This document shows, one piece after another, positions 24,346 through 33,302 of a stretch of 33,302 nt of DNA (position 1 is the first letter of the stretch; each line of letters starts with the position of its first letter). Source of the DNA: Gammaproteobacteria bacterium (GTDB lineage Bacteria; Pseudomonadota; Gammaproteobacteria; Ga0077536); contig JBFWSI010000001.1 of the NCBI GenBank assembly GCA_050248455.1, positions 1 to 33,302 of the forward strand. The letters are read 5' to 3'. Below the pieces are notes generated by a model. The model did not search any database, was not told the DNA's origin, and saw nothing but the letters and a program-made list of their open reading frames with translations. A program made the translations under genes and the position numbers.

Positions 24346-25431
24346 TCACTGTCTGTTCAGTGCCCCAAAGGCCTGAATGGCCGCCGAGATTCTGCTCAGC
24401 GGCACTACGTCGGCGGCAGCATCGAGCTTTACGGCCTCCTTCGGCATGCCGTAGACCACACAACTGTCCTCGTCCTGGGCAATGGTGTGCGCCTTGGCGT
24501 CGCGCATGTCGCGCAGTCCACGTGCGCCGTCGTCGCCCATGCCCGTCATGATGATGCCCAGCGCGTTCGCGCCGGCCGCTCTCGCCACGGAACGGAACAA
24601 CACGTCCACCGACGGGCGGTGTCGGTTCACGAGCGGCCCGTCGATGACCTCGACGTGATACTGGGCGCCGCTCCGCTTCAGCACCATGTGCTTTCCGCCG
24701 GGCGCGATCAGCGCCCGTCCCGGAATGACGCGGTCATTGCTTCTGGCTTCACGCACCTCTATCTGGCAGAGACCGTCGAGACGATTGGCGAACGCCGCCG
24801 TGAACTGTTCGGGCATGTGCTGCACGATGACCAGCCCCGGTGACACTCGCGGCAGTGCGGAGAGCACCACCTCCAGCGCCTGCGTGCCGCCGGTCGAAGT
24901 GCCGATCGCGACGATGTGCTCGGTCGTTCTGATCATCGCTGCCGAATCAGGGGGCGGCAGCACCGCATCGACGGTATGCTTGGGTGCGGCCTTCTCTCGC
25001 TGCGGCGGTTCGCAGCGCAATCTGTTGACTCGTGCCCGTGCGGCCGCCTTTACCGCGTCAATCAGGTTGTCGGTGGACTCCTGGAGAAACGCTTTCACGT
25101 TCATCCGCGGCTTGGTGACGACGTGGACGGCCCCCGCGGCGAGCACCTGCATCGTCGTTTCCGCGCCTTTCTCGGTCAGGGAGGAACACACGACGATCGG
25201 CGTGGGCTTCTCGGACATCACCTTCCTGACGAAGCTGATGCCGTCCATCCTCGGCATCTCGACGTCGGTGACGATGACGTCCGGCCATTTGGATTTCATC
25301 CGCTCGAGCGCGAACAAGGGATCCGCCACGGCAGCCATCACCTGGATGCTCGGATCCCGGGCGAGCGCCTCGCTCATTACCTGCCGGACGACGGCCGAAT
25401 CGTCGACCACAATCACGTTGATGCTGCTCAC
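24346..25431 (-). CDS. cheB: Chemotaxis response regulator protein-glutamate methylesterase CheB
   Basis: Re-called to GTG 25431 (GAGGAGGG 4 nt upstream; GTGA overlap with the cheD stop). REC ([25 protein letters not shown]) plus methylesterase domain ([22 protein letters not shown]). The track ORF of 538 aa is over-extended. Confidence 0.92.
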   Translation of the reverse strand: MSSINVIVVDDSAVVRQVMSEALARDPSIQVMAAVADPLFALERMKSKWPDVIVTDVEMPRMDGISFVRKVMSEKPTPIVVCSSLTEKGAETTMQVLAAGAVHVVTKPRMNVKAFLQESTDNLIDAVKAAARARVNRLRCEPPQREKAAPKHTVDAVLPPPDSAAMIRTTEHIVAIGTSTGGTQALEVVLSALPRVSPGLVIVQHMPEQFTAAFANRLDGLCQIEVREARSNDRVIPGRALIAPGGKHMVLKRSGAQYHVEVIDGPLVNRHRPSVDVLFRSVARAAGANALGIIMTGMGDDGARGLRDMRDAKAHTIAQDEDSCVVYGMPKEAVKLDAAADVVPLSRISAAIQAFGALNRQ

Positions 25432-25955
25432 CCTACCCTCCTCGATCGGGAGTGTCCCCGCTCGACGGTCGACGGATCGCTGTACCGCACCCACACGAGA
25501 CCGTCGCGCATGTCCATTCTGACGCTTCTGTGACCGGTGCCCCCGGTATGCTCTCCCGCGATCCGCAGGCCGAACTCGGCGCAGAGCCTGCGCGCACAGA
25601 CGAGATTTTTCGCGCCGACGGACCGTCCGGCGTTGCGGGCGTCGCCCGCCACCACGCTGCTTCCGCCGAAGAGCTTTACGTGGAACTGCCGTGGCGCCGC
25701 GCTCCACTTCGCCGCATGAGCCAACAGGATGCGCAAGGCCTCGTCGCCGTAGCGACCATCGAGTGAGCCGTCGCAGCTGTCGATCCGTGTCGGGAGCACG
25801 AAATGACACATGCCACCGATACGGAGCAGCGGGTGCCACATGGTCAGCGCGACACACGAACCGAGCAGCGTCCTGACGCGGGTGGTCGATCCGACGAAGC
25901 ACGACTCTCCCGGGAGCAGGAAGACGTCGGCGATCTTTTCGTCGTTGCCGCGCAT
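25428..25955 (-). CDS. cheD: Chemoreceptor glutamine deamidase CheD
   Basis: 175 aa with the CheD signature [12 protein letters not shown]...GGMCHFVLP and KLFGG. It starts 3 nt after the cheR stop. Confidence 0.9.
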   Translation of the reverse strand: MRGNDEKIADVFLLPGESCFVGSTTRVRTLLGSCVALTMWHPLLRIGGMCHFVLPTRIDSCDGSLDGRYGDEALRILLAHAAKWSAAPRQFHVKLFGGSSVVAGDARNAGRSVGAKNLVCARRLCAEFGLRIAGEHTGGTGHRSVRMDMRDGLVWVRYSDPSTVERGHSRSRRVG

Positions 25956-25958
25956 GGG

Positions 25959-26840
25959 TCACGCCGGCCTGCGGAAGATCGAAGGTGCGACCGGCTGAAC
26001 TGCCGCGGAAACACCATGGAGATTCTCGGAATGGCTCAACATCAGATAGCCGCCGGGACGGACATGGGGCACGACGCGGGCCATCACCTTGCGCTTGGTC
26101 TCCAGGTCGAAGTAGATCATCACGTTGCGCAGAAATACGACGTCGAAGGCGCCAATCTCAGGCAGCGCGGCATTGAGATTGATCGAATGGAAAGACACGC
26201 GCTCGCGCAGGGGGCGGTCGATGAGCAAGGTGCCGCTTTGGCGCCCGATTCCCTTCAGGCAGTACTTCGCGAGGTAGTCCTTGGGAATGCCCGTGGTACG
26301 CGCGATCGCGTAACGCGCCGACCGCGCCACTCCGAGGACACGCGAGCTGATATCCGATCCGAGTATCTCCCAGGACGCGCCGAAGCCCATGGCTTCGGCG
26401 AGCACCATGGCAATGGTGTACGCTTCCTCGCCGGACGACGACGCCGCGCTCCATACGCGAAACGTTCCATCACCCGCCCGCCGCGGAATTATCTCCTCGC
26501 GCAGGTGATCGAAATGCTTCGGTTCGCGAAAAAAGTACGTTTCGTTGGTCGTGAGCAAATCGAGAGCCGTCTGCAGCTCACCCGCCGGCTCGCCGCTCAT
26601 CAGCATCCGGAAATACGCCGCATAGCTCGCAGCGCCGAGATGCTGCACGCGCCTGAGCAGCCTCGCGGCCACCAGCGTTCTCTTGTGGCCGGCGAGACTG
26701 ATGCCGGTGGAGCTGTACAGCCAATCGCGAAACAGCCCGAACTCGCGGCCCGACAGACTCGGACACGTCGTGCCCGCGGCCGCTCCGCCCGGCTCCCACC
26801 GCCCGACCGACCGGGAACCGAGCCTGCTCGTTTCCGTCAC
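25959..26840 (-). CDS. cheR: Chemotaxis protein methyltransferase CheR
   Basis: 293 aa with a GTG start and GAGGAG 6 nt upstream. [13 protein letters not shown], the SAM-binding motif [18 protein letters not shown], and [10 protein letters not shown] support the call. Confidence 0.92.
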   Translation of the reverse strand: MTETSRLGSRSVGRWEPGGAAAGTTCPSLSGREFGLFRDWLYSSTGISLAGHKRTLVAARLLRRVQHLGAASYAAYFRMLMSGEPAGELQTALDLLTTNETYFFREPKHFDHLREEIIPRRAGDGTFRVWSAASSSGEEAYTIAMVLAEAMGFGASWEILGSDISSRVLGVARSARYAIARTTGIPKDYLAKYCLKGIGRQSGTLLIDRPLRERVSFHSINLNAALPEIGAFDVVFLRNVMIYFDLETKRKVMARVVPHVRPGGYLMLSHSENLHGVSAAVQPVAPSIFRRPA

Positions 26841-26850
26841 GGCGCTCTCC

Positions 26851-27369
26851 TCACCTGGCCAGGCTGACGGTGGCGGCCAACTCCTCCGTCGAAAGTATGC
26901 GTTCGACGTTCAGGATGATGACGAAATCGCCGTCGATCTTGCCCATGCCCGCAATGAAATCCGCCCGGAGCTTCGCTCCGAACGAAGGCGCCGGTTCGAC
27001 GCCTTCCGGCGGGATCTCGAGCACCTGGCTGACCGCGTCCACGACGACGCCGACATCCTGCCGCTCGCCGTCGGGACCCACCTCCAGAATGATTATGCAG
27101 GTACGACGCGTGGACTCGGATCGAGTGCCGCCGAATCGCAAGGACAGATCGACGACCGGCACGACGCGGCCTCTGAGATTGATGACGCCGCGCACGAAGG
27201 ACGGCATCATCGGCACGGCGGTGACCAGCCCGTATTCCAGAATCTCCTTCACCGCGAGTATGCCGATCGCGAACGTCTCGTCGCCGAGGCGGAAAGTAAG
27301 ATACTGATGCTGGTCTTCCTGCGCCGAGTCGTCGGCGTGCAGCGCCAGTGGTTTCATCGCAGTGCTCAT
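26851..27369 (-). CDS. cheW: Chemotaxis coupling protein CheW
   Basis: I chose the start at ATG 27369 (AGGAGGA 5 nt upstream; this RBS overlaps the MCP stop TAG). The CheW fold pattern is present: YLTFRLGDETFAIGILAVKEI...VINLRGRVVPVVDL. Confidence 0.9.
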   Translation of the reverse strand: MSTAMKPLALHADDSAQEDQHQYLTFRLGDETFAIGILAVKEILEYGLVTAVPMMPSFVRGVINLRGRVVPVVDLSLRFGGTRSESTRRTCIIILEVGPDGERQDVGVVVDAVSQVLEIPPEGVEPAPSFGAKLRADFIAGMGKIDGDFVIILNVERILSTEELAATVSLAR

Positions 27370-27379
27370 CGCATTCCTC

Positions 27380-29002
27380 CTAGAAACGGACGTACTCGCT
27401 TTCGGCAGCGGCATCCTCGCTCACGGCAAGATTGCCCTGTATCGCGGGCGAGCTGGCCGCGGGCCTGCGTGCAGCGACTACGGTATTCGCTACCGGCTGC
27501 ATCCCGGCGACCCGGAAGAAGCTCATGAGCTGCTGAAGCTGTTGCGCCTGCCCCGACATCTCCTCGGCAGTCGCCGCCAGCTCCTCTGCGGCGGAAGCAC
27601 CCTGCTGCGTGGTCTGGCTGAGCTGCGTCATCGCAGCATTGATTTGCGTGACGCCACTGGCCTGCTCGCCGGACGCGGCCGCGATTTCCTGGACCAGATC
27701 GGAGGTCTTCTGGATGGCCGGCACAATCCGTTCGAGCAGCTCGCCCGCCTGCTCGGCGACCTTCACCGAGTCGTTCGCGACGCCGCCGATCTCCTGAGCC
27801 GCAACCTGCGAGCGCTCCGCCAGCTTGCGCACCTCGGTGGCCACGACCGCGAAACCGCGGCCATGCGCGCCGGCGCGCGCTGCTTCGATCGCGGCATTCA
27901 GCGCGAGCAGATTGGTTTGGTAGGCGATGTCGTCGATGATCGAGATTCTCTCCGCGATCTCGCGCATGGCCGACACGGTCTTGCGCACCGCTTCCCCGCC
28001 TTCGCTCGTCTCCTTGGCGGCGTTCGTCGCCATCGAGTCGGTGACTTTCGCGTTCTCGCTGTTCTGACCCACGGACGCCGACATCTGCTCGATCGACGCG
28101 GAGGACTCTTCGACCGCCGCCGCCTGTTCCGAACTGCTCTGCGACAACGATTGCGCGGTGCCGCTCACCTGCTCGGACGCCGAGGAGAGCGAATCCGCGG
28201 CGTTGCGCACTTCGCCGATGATGCCGGAAAGCCTGTCCACCATGTTGCGCATGCTCTGCAGCAGCCGCCCCGTCTCGTCTCTGGTGTCGATGTCGATACG
28301 CATGCTCAGGTCGCCGTTGGCCAGTCGGTCTGCGACTTCCACCGCCACACCGAGCGGCTTCGTGATGCTGCGGGTTATCCACAGTGCGATGCCGAAAGCC
28401 ACCAGCAGAGCGCCGATTCCCAACCCGATCATGATCGTGCGGGCCGTGGCATAGACTCTCTCGGCGGCCTTGCCGTCTTCGCTCATGAGCTGCCCCTCAT
28501 ACGCGATCAGACCGTTCAGGCTGTCCAGATACCCGCGCATCGTCGGGAAGAGCTCCTCGTGTACGAAGGTCAGCATGCCGGCTCTGTCGCCTTTCTCACG
28601 CAGCACGAGCAGCTGCTTCTGTCCGGCGACGTACTTCTCACGATTCGCCCTCACCTCTGCCAGCATTTCCTTTTCCCGCGGCAGCTCCACGACCTTGGCG
28701 AGCTTTTCGATCCGATCGCCGATGTTGCTGCGTGCCTCCTCGATTCTTTCAATCTGCTTCGACGCATCCGTCTCGTCGGTGGCCAGCATCAGGTCGCGCA
28801 TCGAGATCGCGATGATGTTGACGTTGTCGATTACCTCGTTGGCGAGCACCGTTTTGGGCCAGGTCGTGGCAACCACGCGATTCAGCATCTCGTTGACGGC
28901 CGCGAGGCGCGTGACGCCGACGAAGAAGATTGCCGACATCAGGGCCACGACCGCTCCAAAGCCCACGGCGAGACGCACGCCGATTTTGACGTTATTGAAC
29001 AT
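27380..29002 (-). CDS. Methyl-accepting chemotaxis protein with a four-helix-bundle (4HB_MCP-type) periplasmic sensor, HAMP and signalling domain
   Basis: 540 aa. Two TM segments flank a helical periplasmic domain of about 160 aa. HAMP ([20 protein letters not shown]). Highly conserved hairpin tip [40 protein letters not shown]. The C-terminus ends ...SEYVRF. Confidence 0.92.
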   Translation of the reverse strand: MFNNVKIGVRLAVGFGAVVALMSAIFFVGVTRLAAVNEMLNRVVATTWPKTVLANEVIDNVNIIAISMRDLMLATDETDASKQIERIEEARSNIGDRIEKLAKVVELPREKEMLAEVRANREKYVAGQKQLLVLREKGDRAGMLTFVHEELFPTMRGYLDSLNGLIAYEGQLMSEDGKAAERVYATARTIMIGLGIGALLVAFGIALWITRSITKPLGVAVEVADRLANGDLSMRIDIDTRDETGRLLQSMRNMVDRLSGIIGEVRNAADSLSSASEQVSGTAQSLSQSSSEQAAAVEESSASIEQMSASVGQNSENAKVTDSMATNAAKETSEGGEAVRKTVSAMREIAERISIIDDIAYQTNLLALNAAIEAARAGAHGRGFAVVATEVRKLAERSQVAAQEIGGVANDSVKVAEQAGELLERIVPAIQKTSDLVQEIAAASGEQASGVTQINAAMTQLSQTTQQGASAAEELAATAEEMSGQAQQLQQLMSFFRVAGMQPVANTVVAARRPAASSPAIQGNLAVSEDAAAESEYVRF

Positions 29003-29107
29003 TTTCTCTGCTCCTTTCTGCGGGAAATACCAGGTTATCGGTCAGCCTGCGCGTCTTGCGCGCGGCACTCGGCTCCGTGCGGAGCCATGCTTCATCGAAG
29101 AGATCGT

Positions 29108-31300
29108 TCACGTTGCGACCTGCGGCACAGGCTCGCCGATCGTCCGCTCCCTGTCGGGGTCGGCGGCGACCTGTATGAGTCCCGGCACGTCGAGGATCAG
29201 CGCGACCTCGCCGCTGCCCAGGATCGTGGATCCGCTGATCCCGGCAAGCGATCCGAACATCGTCCCCAGCGGCTTGATCACGGTCTGCGACTCCCCGATC
29301 AGCTCGTCGACAATCATGCCGGCCTTCATCGTGCCGAATCGCACGACGACGATATTGGCGCGCCGCCCCCTCTCGCCTTCGATCGCGAAGAGATCGCGAA
29401 TTTCGAGGACGGGAAGCACTTCGCCGCGCAGATCCACGTAGCCTCGACTGCGCGCGGCGCGGCGCATGAGCGGCGGGCACTCCAGGCACTCGACCATGGT
29501 GTCGAGCGGAATCACGTAGCGCGCCTTGCCGACGCCGACCAGGAATCCGTCGATGATCGCGAGAGTCAAGGGAAGCCGGATGCGCACCGTGGTGCCGAGA
29601 CCGGGCCGGCTTTCGATCTCGACCGTGCCCCGCAGCGCCTCGATGTTGCGCTTGACGACGTCCATGCCCACTCCGCGACCGGAGAGATTGCTGACGTGAT
29701 CCGCCGTCGAGAACCCGGGGGCGAAGACGAGGTTGTCCATCTCCTTTTCGGAGAGGCTCTGGCTTTCGGACACGATCCCCCGTTCGATGGCCTTCTGCAG
29801 GATCCTGTCTCGCTTCAGGCCGCCGCCGTCGTCCGCGACCTCGATGACGATGCTGCCGGAATCGTGGAATGCGTTCAGACTCAGCGTGGCGCGCGCCGGC
29901 TTGCCGCGCGCAGCGCGCACTTCGGCGGGCTCGATCCCGTGATCCATGGCGTTGCGCACGAGATGCATCAAGGGATCTCCGATGCGCTCGACCATCGATT
30001 TGTCGAGCTCCGTATCGGCCCCGCGGATGTCGAGATCGACGTCCTTGCCGAGCTCGCGACTGACGTCGCGTACGACCCTCGTATAGCGTTGGAACGTGGA
30101 TCCAATCTGCACCATGCGCAAGGTCAGCACACTGTTGCGGAGATCCTCGACCAGCTGCAGGAGCACTCTCGTCGACTCGATCAGATCCAGGTTGCCGCCG
30201 CGACGCGCCACCGTCTGCGTGGCGGAGCCGGCAATGACGAGCTCTCCCACCAGATCGATGAGTTGATCGAGCTTCTCGGCGTTGACGCGGATCAGACGTC
30301 CCTCGTCCTGTCGACGTTCCCTGGTCTGCTGTTTGTCGAGGGCGGCGGCTACCACCGAGGCATGGACGGCGCCGGCCTGCGTGAGGACTTCGCCTATCGG
30401 CCTGGGCGCCGGCTCTGCGATGCGCGCCTGCTCGGCCGCCTGCTGCCTGAGGCCGAGCTCCAGTTCGCCGTTCGTAATGGCGCCGCAGCGCACCAGTATT
30501 TCCCCGAGGCGCATCGGATCCTCGGGGAGCCCGTTTATCAGCTCGATGTATTCGAGCACCCGGCTCGCCGGTGGAAGGATCCGGATCTGCGCGTCCTCGC
30601 GGACGAAATCGAAGGCCGCCTCGATTTCGTGCTTGTCGGCGGCACTTCGGAAGGCGAGCTCGAAGCCGAGATAGCAGGCCTCCGGGTCCATGTCGGCGGC
30701 GGCCGGGAGCGCGTCGGTAATGGTGGCGAGGTGAACGATTTCGCCGAGGGTCGCCAGGTACTGGAGCTGCGACAACGGATCCATCCCGTTGCGCAACACG
30801 TCCAGGCCATAGCGCAGGGATATGTGCCAGCACTCCCTCAGGCCCGGTGCCCCTCCGATTTCAGTCGTCGAGGAGCAATCCTCGGGCGCAGCGGGCGGCG
30901 ATGCGCCGCGGGCTTTCCCCAGCCGCGCAAGCTCGGCAAGCAGCGCCGCTCCCTTCGCCTGCGCCTCGGCATCGATCTCCACGCTGGCCACGACCGGATC
31001 GACGATGGCGCCAGCGTGATCGACGCACGTCAGCAACAGCGCTATGCACGCTGGCGTAACGCCGATGTGGCCGTCCCTGATGCGGTCGAGCAGCGTTTCG
31101 ACCTCATGCATGAACTCGACGATGGGATCGAAGCCGAAGAGTCCGGCGGATCCTTTGATCGTATGAGCGGCGCGGAAAATCTCGTTGATCAGATCGGGAT
31201 CGGTCGGCCGGGACTCCAGCGCCAGCAAGGCCTGCTCCATCCGCTCCAGCAGTTCACGACTTTCGGCCACGAAAGTCTGCACGGCCGCATCGAGGTTCAT
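29108..31300 (-). CDS. cheA: Chemotaxis histidine kinase CheA (Hpt, dimerisation, HATPase and CheW-like domains; no receiver)
   Basis: 730 aa. Hpt site FRAAHTIKGSAG. N-box HLVRNAMDHGIE. G-boxes DDGGGL, GRGVGMDVV. C-terminal CheW-like domain. The ATG overlaps the STAS stop as ATGA. Confidence 0.93.
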   Translation of the reverse strand: MNLDAAVQTFVAESRELLERMEQALLALESRPTDPDLINEIFRAAHTIKGSAGLFGFDPIVEFMHEVETLLDRIRDGHIGVTPACIALLLTCVDHAGAIVDPVVASVEIDAEAQAKGAALLAELARLGKARGASPPAAPEDCSSTTEIGGAPGLRECWHISLRYGLDVLRNGMDPLSQLQYLATLGEIVHLATITDALPAAADMDPEACYLGFELAFRSAADKHEIEAAFDFVREDAQIRILPPASRVLEYIELINGLPEDPMRLGEILVRCGAITNGELELGLRQQAAEQARIAEPAPRPIGEVLTQAGAVHASVVAAALDKQQTRERRQDEGRLIRVNAEKLDQLIDLVGELVIAGSATQTVARRGGNLDLIESTRVLLQLVEDLRNSVLTLRMVQIGSTFQRYTRVVRDVSRELGKDVDLDIRGADTELDKSMVERIGDPLMHLVRNAMDHGIEPAEVRAARGKPARATLSLNAFHDSGSIVIEVADDGGGLKRDRILQKAIERGIVSESQSLSEKEMDNLVFAPGFSTADHVSNLSGRGVGMDVVKRNIEALRGTVEIESRPGLGTTVRIRLPLTLAIIDGFLVGVGKARYVIPLDTMVECLECPPLMRRAARSRGYVDLRGEVLPVLEIRDLFAIEGERGRRANIVVVRFGTMKAGMIVDELIGESQTVIKPLGTMFGSLAGISGSTILGSGEVALILDVPGLIQVAADPDRERTIGEPVPQVAT

Positions 31301-31656
31301 GTCGCGCTCCTTTTTCCCGACGGCGTGGACGCCGCGGCTGCTTCATGTGCACGGTCGACGGATTCCAGCATTTCCCCGTTCATGCGATACGTGTCGAGCA
31401 CCGCGCTGACCGCGCCGCTGGGCTCCCGCACCGAGAACGACTTTCCGTCGCGCGCCGCTTCACGTCTTGCCAGGAGCAGCTGCTGCAGCCCTGCCGTGTC
31501 GAATTCGTTCACTTGCGCCAGGTCCACCTCGACGGCATCGCTGCCCAGGACCGCGGCGAGCAACGCTTCTTTCAGCTCGCCGGCCGAATAAATCGTCATC
31601 TCGCCGGAGATCGACATGCGGGTGACTGCGTCCGCCTTGCTCACGTTCATTCTCAT
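31297..31656 (-). CDS. STAS-domain protein (anti-sigma-factor-antagonist fold) embedded in the che operon
   Basis: 119 aa with GAGGAG 7-8 nt upstream. ISGEMTIYSAGELKEALL...VEVDLAQVNEFDTAGLQQLLLA matches the SpoIIAA/STAS pattern. Thr-Ala replaces the usual Ser-Ser in the DSSG loop. Confidence 0.75.
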   Translation of the reverse strand: MRMNVSKADAVTRMSISGEMTIYSAGELKEALLAAVLGSDAVEVDLAQVNEFDTAGLQQLLLARREAARDGKSFSVREPSGAVSAVLDTYRMNGEMLESVDRAHEAAAASTPSGKRSAT

Positions 31657-31675
31657 GGTCGCGCTCCTCTGTACG

Positions 31676-32044
31676 TCACGGCAGGCAGAGCTTGGATACG
31701 GCCTGCAGCATCTGGTCGGGCTTGAACGGCTTGACGACCCAGGCCTTCGCGCCGGCCGCCTGCCCTTCCTGTTTCTTCGACTCCTGGGACTCTGTCGTCA
31801 GCATGATGATCGGCGTGAAGCGATACTGCGGATGCTTCTTCACCTCCTTGACGAAACTGATGCCGTCCATGTTCGGCATGTTGACGTCGCTGATGATGAG
31901 ATGAATCTTCTGGCCCGTGAGCTTGTCCAGCGCGTCGCGTCCGTCGCAGCCCTCGACGACCGCGTAGCCCGCCTGCGTCAGCGCGATGCGCACGACCTGA
32001 CGCAGCGACGCCGAGTCGTCGACCACCATGATGGTTTTGTTCAT
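31676..32044 (-). CDS. cheY: Chemotaxis response regulator CheY
   Basis: Single REC domain (IMVVDDSASLRQ, LIISDVNMPNMDG, IIMLTTES, VVKPF). I chose ATG 32044 (GGGAGA 8 nt upstream) over the GTG at 32050. Confidence 0.9.
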   Translation of the reverse strand: MNKTIMVVDDSASLRQVVRIALTQAGYAVVEGCDGRDALDKLTGQKIHLIISDVNMPNMDGISFVKEVKKHPQYRFTPIIMLTTESQESKKQEGQAAGAKAWVVKPFKPDQMLQAVSKLCLP

Positions 32045-32065
32045 GTGCACGTCTCCCGGGAGTGA

Positions 32066-33223
32066 TCAGAAGAAGGTGATGGCGTCGTCGCCGCCGGCGA
32101 CGGCCACCGCATCGCACGCGCCGCGGTGGTTCTCGCGCTCTTCCTGCGTCGAGTAGGTCTGGGCGAGACGCTCTATCGCCTGCGCGACCTGGCCGGCGTC
32201 GGGCAACCCGGATTGGCCCCCCAGCGCTTTCATGTTCGACGCCACGTGTTCGAGCACTTGTCCGACGCGATCCTGGAACTGGAGGTTGACGAGCGCGGAC
32301 GCGATTCGAATGCTGATTTCCGCCTGTTCCGCGCGCAGCGCCCCGGCCGTCTCGCCCAGTTCGCGCGTCACCGCGTCGAAGTCCGCGATCACCCCCTGAA
32401 TGTGTGCGTGCGAAGTGCCGACGAAGCGCGCGTCGCGTTCGGCCGAGTGTTCCACCGTATCCGCGGTGGTCCGGATCGCGTCGGAGATGATCGTGACCTT
32501 GTTGCTGATGCGCTTGCCCGTTTCACCCGACATCGTCGACAGCTTGCGCACTTCGTCGGCGACCACCGCGAAGCCCCGGCCGGCGTCGCCAGCGCGAGCC
32601 GCTTCGATCGCCGCGTTCAATGCGAGCAGATTGGTCTGGTCGGCGATGCTCGCCACCTCGGCAGCCATCACGGTCAGTTCGGTCGTGAAGCCGACGAGAT
32701 GCCGGATGCGCTCGAGCATCTGGGACTTCTCGCCCAGCGCCGCTTCGAGAGAATTCGTGACCGCCGTGAGCCGCGCCTCGCTGTCGCGGATGAGGGCCGC
32801 GACGTGTTCGGTCGACGCCTGGCCACCGCCCGCGGCGGAGGCGTCCAGCCGCGCGACGATGTCGGCGAAAGCCTGCGTCAACGCGGTGATGGCGTGCTCC
32901 GTCTGCACGCGCGCACTCTCGATCTGGCGAGCCCAGACCGGGATCGCATCGCCGGTCAGCGCGGCGTAGCCGTCGACATGCGCGGCGAGCGGGCGCACGG
33001 CCTCCGCGCGCGCCGCTTCCACATCGCGTTCGAATCGAAGCTCCCGGTAGTCCGCACTGCGGGAGGTGCGTGCGGCCAGCGCCAGGCCGAGACAGCCCAG
33101 CGGCACGGCAAGCATCATCGACGACGGCGAGAAGGCGCCGATGCCTGCGACGGCGAAGGCAGCGACGCCCGCGTACAGGACGCAGAGCGCGACGGGTGAG
33201 CGCAACAGTTTGGAGTCGTACAA
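32066..33223 (-). CDS. Methyl-accepting chemotaxis protein, membrane-hairpin-anchored, no periplasmic sensor or HAMP
   Basis: 385 aa with a TTG start and GAGGAA 6 nt upstream. Two adjacent hydrophobic helices with a loop of only a few residues (...[17 protein letters not shown]...) are followed directly by the cytoplasmic bundle. Tip motif [46 protein letters not shown] lies near the C-terminus. Confidence 0.88.
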   Translation of the reverse strand: MYDSKLLRSPVALCVLYAGVAAFAVAGIGAFSPSSMMLAVPLGCLGLALAARTSRSADYRELRFERDVEAARAEAVRPLAAHVDGYAALTGDAIPVWARQIESARVQTEHAITALTQAFADIVARLDASAAGGGQASTEHVAALIRDSEARLTAVTNSLEAALGEKSQMLERIRHLVGFTTELTVMAAEVASIADQTNLLALNAAIEAARAGDAGRGFAVVADEVRKLSTMSGETGKRISNKVTIISDAIRTTADTVEHSAERDARFVGTSHAHIQGVIADFDAVTRELGETAGALRAEQAEISIRIASALVNLQFQDRVGQVLEHVASNMKALGGQSGLPDAGQVAQAIERLAQTYSTQEERENHRGACDAVAVAGGDDAITFF

Positions 33224-33302
33224 GCCCGATTCCTCGATCAGCGATTGAACGAACCCTCGACGCGCGCGCCGACGCGAGAGCCGCGCGGCACGGCCTGTCG
33301 AG

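Noticed and set aside
29071-29086. Hairpin ggctcc-gtgc-ggagcc in the 105-nt cheA-MCP gap as an internal terminator
   Set aside because: The stem is short (6 bp), has no U-tract and lies inside an evidently co-oriented operon. By eye it cannot be distinguished from chance GC-rich complementarity.
27362-31591. 1409-aa ORF on the plus strand, the longest in the track
   Set aside because: It lies entirely antisense to cheW, the MCP, cheA and the STAS gene, all of which have unmistakable conserved motifs. Its translation is Arg/Ala/Gly/Asp/His-rich low-complexity sequence with no recognisable domain. This is a classic high-GC shadow ORF.
1-33302. Search for CRISPR arrays, tRNA/rRNA genes, transposases or integrases, prophage genes, toxin-antitoxin pairs or known defence systems
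   Set aside because: I found no direct-repeat/spacer array, no cloverleaf-like or rRNA-like conserved segment, and no ORF with recombinase, nuclease-ATPase, reverse-transcriptase or similar signatures. The window appears to be core or accessory chromosome rather than a mobile or defence island.

Overview
GC-rich (about two-thirds G+C by eye, not computed) bacterial chromosomal DNA. Codon bias and the intergenic palindromic repeats look like a Burkholderia-type betaproteobacterium, but that is an inference. I support about 33 protein-coding genes. I saw no rRNA, tRNA, CRISPR array, transposase, integrase or recognisable defence gene. Positions 1-16.3 kb hold ordinary accessory metabolism and housekeeping: a 5-formyl-THF cyclo-ligase fusion, a serine hydrolase, an LLM oxidoreductase, thioesterases, an orphan GAF-PAS hybrid kinase, a PhoX-like secreted protein with a DUF456 protein, a coupled small alarmone hydrolase and 2H phosphoesterase pair, rnk, an amidase, a Zn-ADH and an NTF2-like protein. 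These genes are separated by a family of CCCGGG-containing REP-like palindromic units at four loci. Positions 16.7-33.2 kb are an uninterrupted signal-transduction region. (i) A minus-strand operon encodes a soluble multi-PAS histidine kinase, a REC-ANTAR antiterminator-type response regulator, a 267-nt GC-poor untranslated leader, a PAS-PAS-GGDEF-EAL protein and a PAS-HisKA_2/HWE-type kinase. A single-domain REC gene converges on this operon. (ii) A nine-gene chemosensory operon runs MCP-cheY-STAS-cheA-MCP-cheW-cheR-cheD-cheB, resembling the P. aeruginosa Che2 (F7-type) layout, with ATGA/GTGA translational coupling. The best candidate for something undescribed is the ANTAR-controlled c-di-GMP and second-kinase module, together with its physical link to the Che cluster. 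The coupled HD (SpoT-like) hydrolase and 2H phosphoesterase pair comes second. Many long ORFs in the track are antisense shadow ORFs typical of high-GC DNA, and I rejected them. Several track ORFs are over-extended at the 5' end, and I re-called their starts from RBS and coupling evidence.
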